Below are positions 46,700 to 58,933 of a DNA stretch of 64,000 nucleotides, one piece after another (position 1 is the stretch's first letter; every line of letters starts with the position of its first letter). Under the pieces are notes generated by a model. The model was not told the origin of the DNA and did no database searches. It was given only the letters and a program-made list of their open reading frames with translations. A program made the translations under genes and the position numbers. The stretch lies in sequence record OR545507.1; one strand, 5' to 3'.

Positions 46700-49232
46700 T
46701 TAATTGAACTCTACTTCTGGATAATGATTATAGAACATCTCACGAACTGCGTCAAGATGTTCTTGAAATTGTTTTATATCTTCTAATGATGGTGCATCAA
46801 TAACAGTACTAAGTTGAAACAACGATTCTTCTGTGTTATATAGTGACATATCAAATGAGTTATTGTTGTCATCAGTTATGATATTATCACAAATTTCGTA
46901 AGTGTCAATACAAACATCATCAAGTGTTGTATTATCATATACAGTGTATACGAATACAAAAATAAAAGAAGAATGTTCTTTACCATAACGCGGTGGGTCA
47001 TATGTCACATAGCATTTGTGGTCAAATGTATCGAGTTCCATAGACACCACCCCAGCTTCACGATATTCATTAGTTTCACTGGTAAGATCCGGTATTGATG
47101 TTATCGAAAGTAAGTGGAGAAATTTACTTGGATTTAGCATTTCACCACCATTGGATTTTGCGACTGTATATTAAAAAGGGATAATACAAAAGTACTCAAT
47201 TTTTCGAAACAATCTACTAATACATTTAACTCATCATAACTAACACCAATTTCACGAATAAGCGATTGTTGAAAGAATCCTTCTTCGGTTAACGTTAAAC
47301 TACTAACCTCAGTTATGTTATAATAACTGTGGGATGTTGTGGTTGATATTAGTTGTATTGCAATCGTATCTGATGTTGTGTTGTACAGATATAAATATTT
47401 TGTTTTTCTTTCCAATGGATCTATACATGAAAGATCGATCATGTCATAGGTTTTTCCAATAAAAATATTACAATCATCTGACAATTCACAACAAATGCGT
47501 ATATGTTCTTTCGGGTCATGAACACGTTGTGTGTCAAATTCACATGACATTGCAATTTCAAAATGATTTTTTATTTCGTCAACATTCATCTGCACCCACC
47601 ATTAATTCTTATATTTGTATAGTTTAATGCTTTTTTAATAATACCAATTTCTGTAATTCCTATTACATTTTTCTCAATCAATGACAATTGGAATAGTTCC
47701 TCTTCGGAAATATCAATACTGTGGATTCTTGTACAATAATCGTTGAAGTCATATACATATCGTATTGTATAGTCGTTTATAGAAACTGATACAATTGCAA
47801 TCCCATCATGGATGTAAGTTAGTTCATTTGAGTATCTATTAAAAATTAACCTATCTGGTGAACCTATTGGTAGTTGAAATGTATTTCTAGTATCTTGAAC
47901 AATAACAAAATCATCATCTATATTTCTACTCAGAACACCCAAAATATCATATATAGTAGTCATGTTATTCTTTACCTTCAGCAGTTCTGATAATTTTCAT
48001 AACTTCTCTGGATAGTGCGTATATTTTTTTATAGTACTCAAATGTAACTGAACCAAAATCATTAATAGTACTAGCCATGAAGAACGATTCTTCTGTATAT
48101 AGTTCATTTGACAAAGCAACCAGTTCTTGGTGAAATTTTGCGTCCTTCCAATAACGAAATTCAAAAACAAATTGTCCGTCATGACCGACTCTACAACATT
48201 CAGAACGATCACTGTCTACACAGCTAAACACAATATCCCTTTCAGAGTCGTACCAGATATTTCCAATATTTGTTTCAATAACAGCATAATCAATTTTTTT
48301 AGAATTTGGAATTAAACCTTTTTTCACCAGCACTAAACTGGTATTATCAATATCTAGTAAACTTACCATATCAATTCCCCATTACTAAAGTGTTTTTAAT
48401 CTCCAACAATTCACTATACATATTCTTCAATTGTAATATATCTTCAAAAGTAATACCACCAAGATCATCAACTAATGAACGTTGGAATAAAGATTCACTT
48501 GTTTGTAATGTATCTAAATCGGTGATTTTTAATAAAGAACTTGGATTAAGTGTTTCGACTAGTAGTATGTTTTTGTATGGTACATATGTGATCTTGATGT
48601 TCTTTTTATAATTAATCTTATAAAATCGCATAATTGACGATTCATCACTTAGTTGGATAATTGGGTCGTCTTGATCATTAGACCACCATACAGTACTAGT
48701 CATATGATTGACGTGGTGGTTCAATTCTGATATGTCCAAATCTAAAAAATATTTTAGTTCATTGTGTAAATCTAAACTCATAAATTTATCCTCAATGCAG
48801 CATCATCATGTATTGTAGGATAAACCCACAATAATGTCAAGATGTGAAATAATTATACCAGTAATATAGTTCTTTTAATTCTTCAGTACTGAACAATACT
48901 TCTTCTATTGTAGATTGTTGAAAGTGATATTCATCATTTAGATACATAGAAATATTACTATATACTTTCCTATTGTATTGACATAAAAAAGAAGTTTTTT
49001 GATTAATGTATTCCGTAAATGTTAATTTATCTAACTCAATATCGAATGATAATTTAATAATATGACTATTATCATTTACATACATTAGTTTCTTTGAAAA
49101 ATGATCAATTGTAATATATTCTTTATGAGAGAACTGAAATATATTATTAAATTTATTACCATTTGTGCTTCTAAATTTTTCAAGGTAATAAGAAAGTGGT
49201 TTAATTATTGAAGTTCCAATATTGTTCTTCAT
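46700..49232 (-). CDS. Six tandem EExxFQxS family proteins (46700-47140, 47134-47595, 47586-47963, 47965-48369, 48371-48781, 48837-49232)
   Basis: TEESLFQLSTVID; TEEGFFQQSLIRE; SEEELFQLSLIEK; TEESFFMASTIND; TSESLFQRSLVDD; NDEYHFQQSTIEE. Confidence 0.85.
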
Positions 49233-49395
49233 ATATCCTCAATTTTAGATAAGAAAAATGCCCCGAAGATCGGGGCAGTACTAAAATGATTTTGTACCAA
49301 AAGGGGAATAAGAACAAAATGAAAATATAATAACGCATCATTATTATGATGTAAGGGAGGAAAGTAACATGATATGTTAACCATTTCTGGTATAT

Positions 49396-49947
49396 TTATT
49401 TATCATTTAATTCTTTAAGTTGGGTTTGTATATCTTTAGTTATATTTCGAATTTTCTTAAAGCAATAAACACTATCGTCCAATTCGATTTTAAGTTCATG
49501 TGTAAATGCATACAGAAGTTCAGCAAATACTAAATCTTGACGCATCCAGTTTCCATCTTTATATAAAGTCATTACACAATATGGGCATTCACTATTAGAA
49601 GTTTGCTTTCCAATAAAAACACTTTGAATTGATTCATGCTTAAAGCCAATAAAACTTTCATTTATTTTTTTAATTTCAGTACTGATATCGAATTTAGCAC
49701 TGGTGTTGATTGCAAAAATTTTATTCCCACTTTCATCAGTATTGATATTGAGTTCAATATCACTACCTAGTTTACGTACTGCTAGAGTATAAAGAAGTAA
49801 TTCATACATGTCGTAACTTGTTACATTACCATTTGGTGCAATTACATCAACACTAACACCGTGCATTTTTACTTCTGTATTAAATCCATCTTTATCAGAA
49901 AGAAAATCAGTGATTTGCTTTGTAAGGATTTTAATTTGGTCTATCAT
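49396..49947 (-). CDS. Hypothetical protein (183 aa)
   Basis: ORF track. Confidence 0.7.
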   Translation of the reverse strand: MIDQIKILTKQITDFLSDKDGFNTEVKMHGVSVDVIAPNGNVTSYDMYELLLYTLAVRKLGSDIELNINTDESGNKIFAINTSAKFDISTEIKKINESFIGFKHESIQSVFIGKQTSNSECPYCVMTLYKDGNWMRQDLVFAELLYAFTHELKIELDDSVYCFKKIRNITKDIQTQLKELNDK

Positions 49948-49967
49948 ATTTCATTTCCTTATGTGAT

Positions 49968-49992
49968 AAAAGCCTCCATAATGGAGGCTTTT
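49968..49992. terminator. Bidirectional intrinsic terminator
   Basis: AAAAGCCTCCAT-A-ATGGAGGCTTTT. Confidence 0.85.
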
Positions 49993-50000
49993 GTATTTAC

Positions 50001-50429
50001 TTAGAGAGATTCTTCGTATTCAGCAACAATCTCAACCATTTCATTAATGAACTTGATGTGAGAATGTGTCACTGTACGGAAGTCGTAAACAAGTGACTGT
50101 TGGAAAAATACATCTTCATCAAGAGAACCATCAAAGTTCAAATCAATGTTTTCATCGTCATTGCTTGGTGCAACTTTAATATTCAGAAGATTTTCATCAA
50201 CTGCAAGTTTTACAACACAACCCAGTGCAATGGCAAGAACATATGCTGGTTTCTTAGCTTTTTCATTACGGAATGGTGCACGTAGAGCACAAAAAGTACT
50301 GCTAATCTCATCATTTGGTTCTTTGTATTTAACATTGACCATTAGTTCTTCGATTTTGACGCTCTCAATAACACGACCAGTTTCTGGAGCGAAGAAAGAA
50401 TGTTCACGGATAGTTTGTTCGATATTCAT
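50001..50429 (-). CDS. EExxFQxS family protein
   Basis: DEDVFFQQSLVYD. Confidence 0.75.
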   Translation of the reverse strand: MNIEQTIREHSFFAPETGRVIESVKIEELMVNVKYKEPNDEISSTFCALRAPFRNEKAKKPAYVLAIALGCVVKLAVDENLLNIKVAPSNDDENIDLNFDGSLDEDVFFQQSLVYDFRTVTHSHIKFINEMVEIVAEYEESL

Positions 50430-50432
50430 ATA

Positions 50433-52027
50433 TTATTCCTTATTTAGATTGCTAAAAATACGAAGATTGCGGTTTGCTTTAAACTGTTTCAAATCACCAA
50501 ATCTATCATCAACGATGAAAGTTGCTGATTTCTTTGACTGACATATTGTACAAATCAACATACCTTGTATTGTATACTCAGTTGAGCAATTTGTACAGTA
50601 CTTTTTTTCATAAAGTTCAGTACTCATAAAACCTTCACATCAGTACGTTTTTCTCTTTGTTCTTTTTTAACCTCATCAGTTCTAGTATCTTCTAATTGTA
50701 ACACAACTTCTTTTAGAATGTCAACATCAATTGTTGCTTCTACATATTGATAGTCGTTTACACCAAAAACATACTTTACTGCAACCCATACACGGTTATA
50801 CCATTTTAAAAAAGGATTTAAACGCATACTTATCAGACATTGACCAAGTTTATCATCTCCATATTCCTCTGTCAAGTCAAATTGTGCAATGTGAACGCAA
50901 TGCTCCATTTTATCGCCACAAGAACAACGTAAAATATACTCTTTACTATCTTCACTCATACTGGATAAGCCTTTAAAAATTGTTTAAGAACTCCAAACTT
51001 AGATGAATCGTAATCGTATTGATAGTTAAGCTCTCGCTTATCATTCATACGATACACCATATGAAAATTTGGATAACCAATTCTAACAGGTTTTTTAGGA
51101 TTAGCAAGTAAAATTGCCCATTCTTTTACTGGAAATACGTTTTCAGTCAGCATTTTGATATTTGTTTCAAAATACTTCATGGCTTGCTTTCCGTGTTTGT
51201 AATCTTCTTCACTAATCTCTTGACAATCAATTCTATGTGTTTCGGTATCTAACACCCATTGTTGATCTTCGGTATATAAATCAATTACATCATCAATAGT
51301 ATAACTATCAGGTAAATCATAAAATACCCAATGAGATAAACCAGAACTTACACCAATTCGAATTTTAAAGAACTTCATTCTTTATCACCTTTTACATAAT
51401 TATAACACACGACACAGTGAATTACAAGAAGAATTATTTCCACAATGTTAAGAGACAATACATGACTCTGCGGTGTGAAAAGTGCCAATAACAACATTAT
51501 AGCAGGTATTGTGAATATTTTCCAAGTTTTTTTCATTTTATTCCTTTGTATATGCATATGGTAAAAATAAAACCTCTGCATTAGGAATGCATTGTGCCAA
51601 TCCTTCAACAATAGATTTGTTTTTATTACATTGCCAAACTTTAGTAATTTTATGTCTAAATACTTTTTTATCAACGACAATCCAGTACATGTCCATTTTA
51701 ACAGTACTGTTATCAGATGGTGTTAGTAAAGTATCGATGTCATATGTATCAAAGATTTTGTCGTTCATATAATCTCCTAATAAAATATTCTCGATTCTCT
51801 CTTATATACCCAGATACACAGTTAGTTGTGGCTTGGTTAGTGAATGAAATCTCACTATTGGACACGCCATTTGCATCACACAAAGGACATATTCCCATGT
51901 ACTTGGGGGTCGGGTAGGTGTCCAATTTGTATTTTTCATTACACACCATGTACTGCTGTGGCAATACATCTAATATTATTTCATATTCTTCATCAAACAC
52001 CTTGAAGCATACCCAACATTTACCCAT
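50433..52027 (-). CDS. Small hypothetical ORFs (50433-50627 CxxC; 50624-50959; 50956-51378; 51538-51768; 51749-52027 CxxC)
   Basis: ORF track; CxxC pairs suggest zinc binding in two of them. Confidence 0.65.
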
Positions 52028-52511
52028 TATAGTTTTCCTTTAACACCGTTCTTATATATTCGAATGTTTTAACAAACCAATCATGTTCGTCGGATACATC
52101 TACAACTTTACCACCATATACATAGTAATGGTAAAAAGGTAACTTGCTTTTTCTTAATCTTTCGGCTAACTCTGGATTTTGAATTATCTTAGCACAAATA
52201 GCATCTTGAATAATAGAAATACAATCATCCGTCATTTCAATTCGATCATGCATATATTTGTTAGCGGCTGCTTTTGCTGCTGCACCAGATACTTTTCTAA
52301 GGTCATCATGTTTTTGCCCAGTTAAAAACCAAAAGTAAAATGTTTCAACTGAAGGGAACCAACCATATGGTTCAAGTGTGAAGCTATGTGAAGAAAAGTT
52401 AGATAGATCTCTACCTAACTTAGTTCTAGCTTTACTATAAATGTTAATGTGTCGGTATCCATCATCAGTAGGGTCAATAAAGTCAAATGACTCTTCTGGA
52501 AACTCAAACAT
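52020..52511 (-). CDS. NADAR-like protein (T4 gp30.3/YbiA type)
   Basis: LSNF..HSF......FPSVE.FY...AK..QNPELAERL pattern. Confidence 0.65.
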   Translation of the reverse strand: MFEFPEESFDFIDPTDDGYRHINIYSKARTKLGRDLSNFSSHSFTLEPYGWFPSVETFYFWFLTGQKHDDLRKVSGAAAKAAANKYMHDRIEMTDDCISIIQDAICAKIIQNPELAERLRKSKLPFYHYYVYGGKVVDVSDEHDWFVKTFEYIRTVLKENYNG

Positions 52512-52513
52512 AA

Positions 52514-54034
52514 TTATTCTTCTTCTCCTGAAGGAGTTCCACGTAGTTTGTCAAAATCAACCCAAATACCATGCTGATTTTTAAATCTACATTTCTCATA
52601 GTACCAGCTATAGTCAGTTTCAACACCTTGTGATATAGATCTAACACTACAATCATACATATTATATAAATGATCCCTGACAATATACGTATTAATCAGA
52701 ATAACAAACAATACAATAATACCACAGACTTTAGGATGATCCATAATCAAATCTAGAACGGAACTCGTTTCAGTACTGTCAATTTTACTACGACCGATGG
52801 CAACAGCTTTCAGTACTGCTAATGATACCAGTAATGAAATAACAAGAACACTCAAATAAATTAGCATAATTAGACTCCTACACCAAAACGTAAAAGGATG
52901 TTATTAACAAACACAAAATCAAATGGAGACTTTGGTTCAGATACCGAGTACTGAAAAGTTTCAGCGGAGAAACTTTCCCTATTGTGCCATGTTGATGAAT
53001 CGATTAGTAATTGTTTATCACCAATTGACGTTGAATGTAATGGAAAGTGTGCTGATGAATTTATGGAATACGCATTTAGTTTTCCTTGTTCATCTAATGT
53101 GATACTAAGATAATATTTTTTCTCAATATCAGGAATAAGTTCTTTTGTATACGAATAGATTGAATCAACCCATTCATCATGTACATTTTCTGCACCAATC
53201 AGGTGTCCGAATGATAAATTACGTTTAACTGGCTTTGATCCTGGTCGAGTTAGAATGAATTGTTTTGTTAAGTAAAAATTATTATGTTTTACTTCAATAT
53301 TAACATTTTTAAAATTCACAACTTTATCATATACATTTCGAAAAACTGTTATATCCCAAGTACTAATTTCATCCATAATACTTATCACCAGTTCTTCTAG
53401 TTCTTGGATAAATGGCAAATCATCCTGATGAAATCTAGTCATGGTTTTCATATACCTTTTTCAAATTCATAATTTCTAGAATGCTGTATTCTTTATCACC
53501 AATCAAATCTTCAGTGAATGCAGTGGGGTCGGCATCGCTATACAACTTACCATTGATGATAACACAACCATTACTAAGATACAATGCACTCATGATCTGT
53601 TGTCCTTCTTTCACATTTTGTGCTAGACCTGTATTTGTTACTACAAATCCATTTGTTGCTAATGATGATGTTAGTTCTGACCATTCAACTGATATTAAGT
53701 CGCGATAGTCCTTAGATACTTTTATATTCACAATACAAGCAACTCGTTTAATAGGTGGAGTGCTAATCGTGTACATTTGTGGTTGTTGGTAATTAGAGTT
53801 GTATGTTTGTGGTGTTTTAACAGCAGTTCCTGAATTTTGAGTTGATTTGGTAATTACTGGTTCTACACTGGGGACTATTGTTCTTAGTGATATAATACGT
53901 CCAGTTTCATCCAATTTAAGGACTAAACGATGAGTTTCATCCTCAGAGTAATAGGGAAACAAGCCACCGGAATTCATATTTTGAAGCATTTTAATTAATT
54001 CATAAGTATTTTTTAAAAACATAGTACACCCCAT
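52514..54034 (-). CDS. Three hypothetical ORFs (52514-52867 membrane, 52870-53451, 53435-54034)
   Basis: ORF track. Confidence 0.7.
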
Positions 54035-54036
54035 AG

Positions 54037-54060
54037 AAAAGGGGAGTACAAAGTACTCCC
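54037..54060 (-). terminator. Intrinsic terminator
   Basis: GGGAGTAC-TTT-GTACTCCCC-TTTT. Confidence 0.85.
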
Positions 54061-54069
54061 AACATTTAA

Positions 54070-54624
54070 TTATAGTTTAATTGATTCTTGAATACCAGTA
54101 TCCATTGCTTTCTTGGTACGTGTATCAGATACTACTGTACAAAGGTGTTCAATATTTTCACTTGGAAACGTATTCGAATCAAGAATTTTGGAATTCCAGA
54201 AGCCTTTGCGGAACTTAGCATAATCAGTACACTGGTCAATTTTCATTTTCTGAAGATTGTTGAACTTTGTACGTCCTGCTTCAATTGTCACCATCAATTC
54301 CTGATAAATTTTAGGATCAAGATTTGGAACCTGTTGTTGAATCTGTGACATTACAAACTTCTGGTCAACACCTTCACGCCCTTTAAAGTATGACTCAATC
54401 GTTTCTTTCAACGCATTTTTGTACTTATCTGCTACTTGAACCTTATCTTGAATAGTAAGAGTATAATTGCTAAGTTGACTTTCAGATGCATCATAGTACT
54501 TTTTAATGTTTCCTTCAAACTCAACTGCACGATCATGTGCACCAACATACATACTAATAGAACCAAACACCATTAGTACAATAACTACCAAAATACCAAT
54601 TAACGCAAGGAGTTTACCATTCAT
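54070..54624 (-). CDS. LemA-like membrane-anchored helical protein
   Basis: N-terminal TM followed by a helical domain with QQVPNLD..IYQELM..IEAGR..F. Confidence 0.6.
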   Translation of the reverse strand: MNGKLLALIGILVVIVLMVFGSISMYVGAHDRAVEFEGNIKKYYDASESQLSNYTLTIQDKVQVADKYKNALKETIESYFKGREGVDQKFVMSQIQQQVPNLDPKIYQELMVTIEAGRTKFNNLQKMKIDQCTDYAKFRKGFWNSKILDSNTFPSENIEHLCTVVSDTRTKKAMDTGIQESIKL

Positions 54625-55715
54625 AAATCGTTATCCCTCATATAAAGGCCAATGAAAATAGACAGAATCAACAAAACAATGGAAGCACCGATAAGAACAT
54701 CTTTTCTAGGTTCCATTTTTACTGACAAGTACTCAAACTCTTTATTAGAGAGTCTCTCAAACTGTGTGTCAATATTATGTACTTCTTTAACTAGTAAGTC
54801 AAGAGTTAATTTTTCATTTAATGCATCAATACGCATCTTTGCATGTAACTCTTCATTCTTCATTCCTTGTGCAAATGATGTACTGTAAAATTTGACAACG
54901 TTACCATCATTGTCAATACCAAAGAACATAATAACATCATTCTTCTTACCACCACGCCACGATGCAAGGGTAGCATCAACAAAATCCACATCTTTGTAAT
55001 CATAAACTAGTACTTGGATGTTTACCTGCTTTCGTGCACCCATCGTTTTTAGCTCATTACGAAGGTATTCATCGTAACCATCAACGTTGTAATTTGTAGT
55101 GTTAATTACGTGATGTGTTTTGTAATAATCAACTACACTTGGGTATTCTGGAATAGTACTAAGATACTTTTCATCATACATGTTGTGTAGTTCTTCAGGA
55201 CTAAACAATGAGTTCTTATCAGCAAATAGATAGTTGATATATGAACTCTCTGCGGCGGCATAGTCACCAATCATAACTTGCTGCCAACGTGGTGGTGTCA
55301 TTGTACCTTGACGGTTCACACGTTCAATCTCAAACTCACCTACTGTACTTTTCACATACCAATCAACTTCATATGAGTAATCAAAAACCTTATATGATTC
55401 ACACTCACGATGTGATTTACCTTTACTATCATATCGCGTATGGCACTTCTCATGCCATGTATAGTGCTTACATGAACTAGATTGTGTGCAATATTCTTTG
55501 TGGCTGTATTTTGAAGTTACTTGACCATTCAGAATCTCAACATCATAAAGCTGGCTATAGTTGATTGCGTATGAAATACCAAGAACAAGAGCCGCACCAA
55601 CCAGACAACAAGCAATATGAATCAATAGTTCTTTAGTACTGATATGCTTATCGTACATGTATTTCATAACGAATACAACGATAAGAGCAGGTATTAACAG
55701 AATAATGAAATTCAT
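54621..55715 (-). CDS. Membrane protein with a periplasmic TPM-like domain
   Basis: 2 N-terminal TMs, Cys-containing loop, GARKQVNIQVLV...W.GGKKNDVIMFFG, C-terminal TM. Confidence 0.55.
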   Translation of the reverse strand: MNFIILLIPALIVVFVMKYMYDKHISTKELLIHIACCLVGAALVLGISYAINYSQLYDVEILNGQVTSKYSHKEYCTQSSSCKHYTWHEKCHTRYDSKGKSHRECESYKVFDYSYEVDWYVKSTVGEFEIERVNRQGTMTPPRWQQVMIGDYAAAESSYINYLFADKNSLFSPEELHNMYDEKYLSTIPEYPSVVDYYKTHHVINTTNYNVDGYDEYLRNELKTMGARKQVNIQVLVYDYKDVDFVDATLASWRGGKKNDVIMFFGIDNDGNVVKFYSTSFAQGMKNEELHAKMRIDALNEKLTLDLLVKEVHNIDTQFERLSNKEFEYLSVKMEPRKDVLIGASIVLLILSIFIGLYMRDNDL

Positions 55716-55718
55716 GTA

Positions 55719-56408
55719 TTAATCCATTTTAAGCTTGTTTAGACAGAATGAAATCTGGATTGCTTCACGTGCTGCATCAAACAGTGGGTGATGTAACTCC
55801 AACCCATTAATCCCACACGTATTTGCATATGTGATAAATTTATCCAACTGTACCGAAACGATTTCATCCATTTCAATACGAGCTTCTTCATTCAATAAAC
55901 GTTTCAATGTGCGTGCATTTTCAGGTGCATCATACTTCCACAACTCACCAGCGTTCATTAGTTTTAAATGGTTTGCTTGTAAAATACTACAATCGAAGTT
56001 ACATCCGTTGCCCCAGACTGAATGAGGAACTTCTTCACCATAATCATTGTAACGTAATTCTTTCCAGAAATCAACAATACTACTGTATGCAAAAAATCGT
56101 CGTGATTGACCATTCGGTCCATACAGTTCAGGTGCTTTGAGTTTCATAGTACTGGCAACTTCAGAATATGCATTAGAGTATTCTTTCTGACATGTATTCA
56201 TCCAAAAATCCATTGCACCTGCGTCTGATTTTAAACCAGCAGCAACTTGATCCTGGTATGGTAATTTAATATATAAGAACTGACGAATGTCATTTTCAGG
56301 TTTACTTGGAACTACTACTGCTGCGTAATTTGGGATAATAATATCATAACCGGAAAGTTCAGGTGTTCCAAGAGCTTCAATATCAACACTAATATGACGA
56401 CGTTTCAT
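55719..56408 (-). CDS. 3'-5' exonuclease, DEDDh/DnaQ-like (T4 DexA-like)
   Basis: VDIEALG (ExoI), VWGNGCNFDCSIL (ExoII), HHPLFDA (ExoIII). Confidence 0.85.
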   Translation of the reverse strand: MKRRHISVDIEALGTPELSGYDIIIPNYAAVVVPSKPENDIRQFLYIKLPYQDQVAAGLKSDAGAMDFWMNTCQKEYSNAYSEVASTMKLKAPELYGPNGQSRRFFAYSSIVDFWKELRYNDYGEEVPHSVWGNGCNFDCSILQANHLKLMNAGELWKYDAPENARTLKRLLNEEARIEMDEIVSVQLDKFITYANTCGINGLELHHPLFDAAREAIQISFCLNKLKMD

Positions 56409-56487
56409 AAGTTAGTTCCTTATCTGTACATTAAAAAGAGTGCGTTTTCAATAAGATTATATTAAAAACGCACTCATATGTCAACTA

Positions 56488-57624
56488 TTACTTGTTAGCT
56501 TTTTCGGCAATTTCACGAAGAGTGTCTTCCAGTTCATAGGAAAGTTGTGCAATTTCCTGTTTAGCACGTTCACGTTCCAATTTGCCTTTTTTCTCTTCTT
56601 CAATAACTGCTTCAATACTGTCAATCATCGTTTTATGTACATTACGCAAGGTTTTAATATCCACAATACCACGGTTGTTTGCCTTTGCTGCGTCCAACAT
56701 ATTTGCTGCAACCATTTTAGAGTTAGTTTCCAAAAGACGGTTTGTCTCATTATCAATTAGATTGCCTAGTTCATTATCCTTACGTTGACGCTCGGAAATT
56801 AACTGTTCAGCCAATTGAGACTTCCATGCTGGAATAACAACAGATTTTAAATCTTCAAACTTAGAAACAGTGTTCAAGTTTACTTTTTTCATACTCATCA
56901 AACGTGGACCACTTAGCTCGCACATCATGATAAGACGACGAATCTTATCTTCTTGTTTAGAAAGTGCTTCACAAATCATCTTTTGCTCTTGAATAGCAAA
57001 AGAGTCTACATTTTTGTCTGCTTGCATTTCTAATAATAATGCATCTTGTGTTTTAGTTACTTCTTCTAAACCAACTAATGTATCACGTAATTCAAACAAA
57101 TATTCTTTGTTTTCATTATATGCTTTATCAAGCCATTCACATTCTCCGTGCTGGCGATTAATACCAGTTTGAAGAGTTTTCATAATTTCGTCAATTTGCT
57201 CTTTACTGTTTTTGTACTGATCACCTACTTTCTGTTGAGCATTAACAAAGAATTTCTTAATACGACCAACAATTGATTTATCTTCTTGAAGACTGTCAAT
57301 ATCAACTGCACGAGTCAACGTAAGAATTGTGGTGATTGATTTACCAAACTCGGTATTGTCATCCGTTACATTAACTTTAGACATAATTTCATCAGCCAAA
57401 CGCCCAACAGCAGCACCAGCAGTTGTACCAACAGTATTGATGTTTTGAACTGTTAGAGACATAGTATTTCCCTTAACATCTTTCAGTACTGGTAGTGATT
57501 TTGTAGTTTGGTTAAAAATATCACTTGCATCAATTGTATGACCTTTAGACGCAGTTTTAGTAGTGCGTTTTGCTGATTTAGCTGCGGTGGATGCTTTTTT
57601 AGGATTGATTTCTTTCTCGGACAT
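56488..57624 (-). CDS. telA: Toxic anion resistance protein (TelA/KlaA family)
   Basis: 378-aa helical protein; SIVGRIKKFF...Y..S.EQIDEI, IPAWKSQL, ETN.LL..NS, NRGIVDI.TL motifs. Confidence 0.85.
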   Translation of the reverse strand: MSEKEINPKKASTAAKSAKRTTKTASKGHTIDASDIFNQTTKSLPVLKDVKGNTMSLTVQNINTVGTTAGAAVGRLADEIMSKVNVTDDNTEFGKSITTILTLTRAVDIDSLQEDKSIVGRIKKFFVNAQQKVGDQYKNSKEQIDEIMKTLQTGINRQHGECEWLDKAYNENKEYLFELRDTLVGLEEVTKTQDALLLEMQADKNVDSFAIQEQKMICEALSKQEDKIRRLIMMCELSGPRLMSMKKVNLNTVSKFEDLKSVVIPAWKSQLAEQLISERQRKDNELGNLIDNETNRLLETNSKMVAANMLDAAKANNRGIVDIKTLRNVHKTMIDSIEAVIEEEKKGKLERERAKQEIAQLSYELEDTLREIAEKANK

Positions 57625-57672
57625 TTAGTATTCCTCGTTTAATTTAATATGATGTGCTGCTCTGTGATAAAC

Positions 57673-57701
57673 ATTATACGGGCAGCACGTATGATAGTCA
57701 A
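57673..57701 (-). promoter_or_regulatory. Early promoter TTGACT-17-TATAAT(GTTTATC)
   Basis: Consensus hexamers; -35 overlaps the upstream TGA. Confidence 0.85.
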
Positions 57702-58837
57702 GTATTTTTTAACTCTTTGTTACCATATGCCAGATTACGAATAATTTCTACAGTACTCTCATCCACAGCTTTACCTGTCTGTGATTGTAAACGATTGATA
57801 ATCAAAGGAATAGTAATAGTTTGAAGATCTACCATACGATTCATATCAACTTGATATTGCTTACTTGTTGCAATAATGCTCGTTTCAGTCATGGAGGTGG
57901 TGATTCCCATTTTCATAATACGTTCTAATGTTAATTCATATTCAAACGCATCATCCACACAACGTAGTGCGTATTCACAACCCAACTTACCATATTCAAG
58001 TTCATTTTTGATTTCATTAACTTCGTTTCTAAGTTCTGAAAACATCGTACTAAGACCACTAAACTTATTAGTGTCATACTTAACTGCTTCATTTAGTGCT
58101 TTCATCACTTTTGGCAAATCTGATGGTTGCACTTTGATATCAGTTTTACCAAACAATTTCTGTGTAAAGGTCGGCTTCAATGGGAACAACGTCTCCAACG
58201 CAACAGTAAGGTTATTCATAAGCATTCTAATATAATCACTATGCTGTTGTAATGCTGAGTTAAGATCCAATTGACGTTCTGAAATTTGTTGAATCTTAGT
58301 TCCAATTTCTTGTGCACAAACTGGTAAGTTTACAAACCAGTCTAGTACTTTTACTGAATTCTTTTCAATAGTACTAGGGAATTCAACCCATCTTTCAATG
58401 TCATCAATTCTGCTATCGTCTGGGTTGATAGGTTTTTTCTTAAGAACAATAGGTGCAGGTACATCTGGTGATGTTTGTACCAAGTCTAAACGTGGTTTGG
58501 CACGACCTTCTTTCCATTCACGATATTCACGCTCTAATGGCGGTACTGGCATGTTAGGATCAATTCTAATATTACTAAAATGAATTTTATCCTTCATTAA
58601 ATCAAGAACTTTCAGACGTTTATTATCAAAATAGATTTCATCTAATGACAGAGTTTTTACATCAAATAACGGATTACCCAGCGAGTCATAGGTGCGACGT
58701 ACAATTACATTGTAAATGTATTTTTTGTTTGATGAACGGTCATATTGTTTCAATAAAGAGTTCAGTACATAATTATAGTTAAATTCTTGAATCTCAACTT
58801 CTTTGCCATTTTCAATGAAAAAATATTTACCTTTCAT
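57698..58837 (-). CDS. Hypothetical protein with a C-terminal coiled-coil region, possible TelA partner or degenerate paralog
   Basis: Adjacent to telA; helical C-terminal half with a FTQKLFG motif. Confidence 0.45.
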   Translation of the reverse strand: MKGKYFFIENGKEVEIQEFNYNYVLNSLLKQYDRSSNKKYIYNVIVRRTYDSLGNPLFDVKTLSLDEIYFDNKRLKVLDLMKDKIHFSNIRIDPNMPVPPLEREYREWKEGRAKPRLDLVQTSPDVPAPIVLKKKPINPDDSRIDDIERWVEFPSTIEKNSVKVLDWFVNLPVCAQEIGTKIQQISERQLDLNSALQQHSDYIRMLMNNLTVALETLFPLKPTFTQKLFGKTDIKVQPSDLPKVMKALNEAVKYDTNKFSGLSTMFSELRNEVNEIKNELEYGKLGCEYALRCVDDAFEYELTLERIMKMGITTSMTETSIIATSKQYQVDMNRMVDLQTITIPLIINRLQSQTGKAVDESTVEIIRNLAYGNKELKNT

Positions 58838-58933
58838 TATAAAACCTCATAATCAATTAAAATTTACGCTATGGTGATATTGTACATACTTCGACTACAC
58901 ATGTCAACACCTGAAAAGAAAAAAGGACGCACC

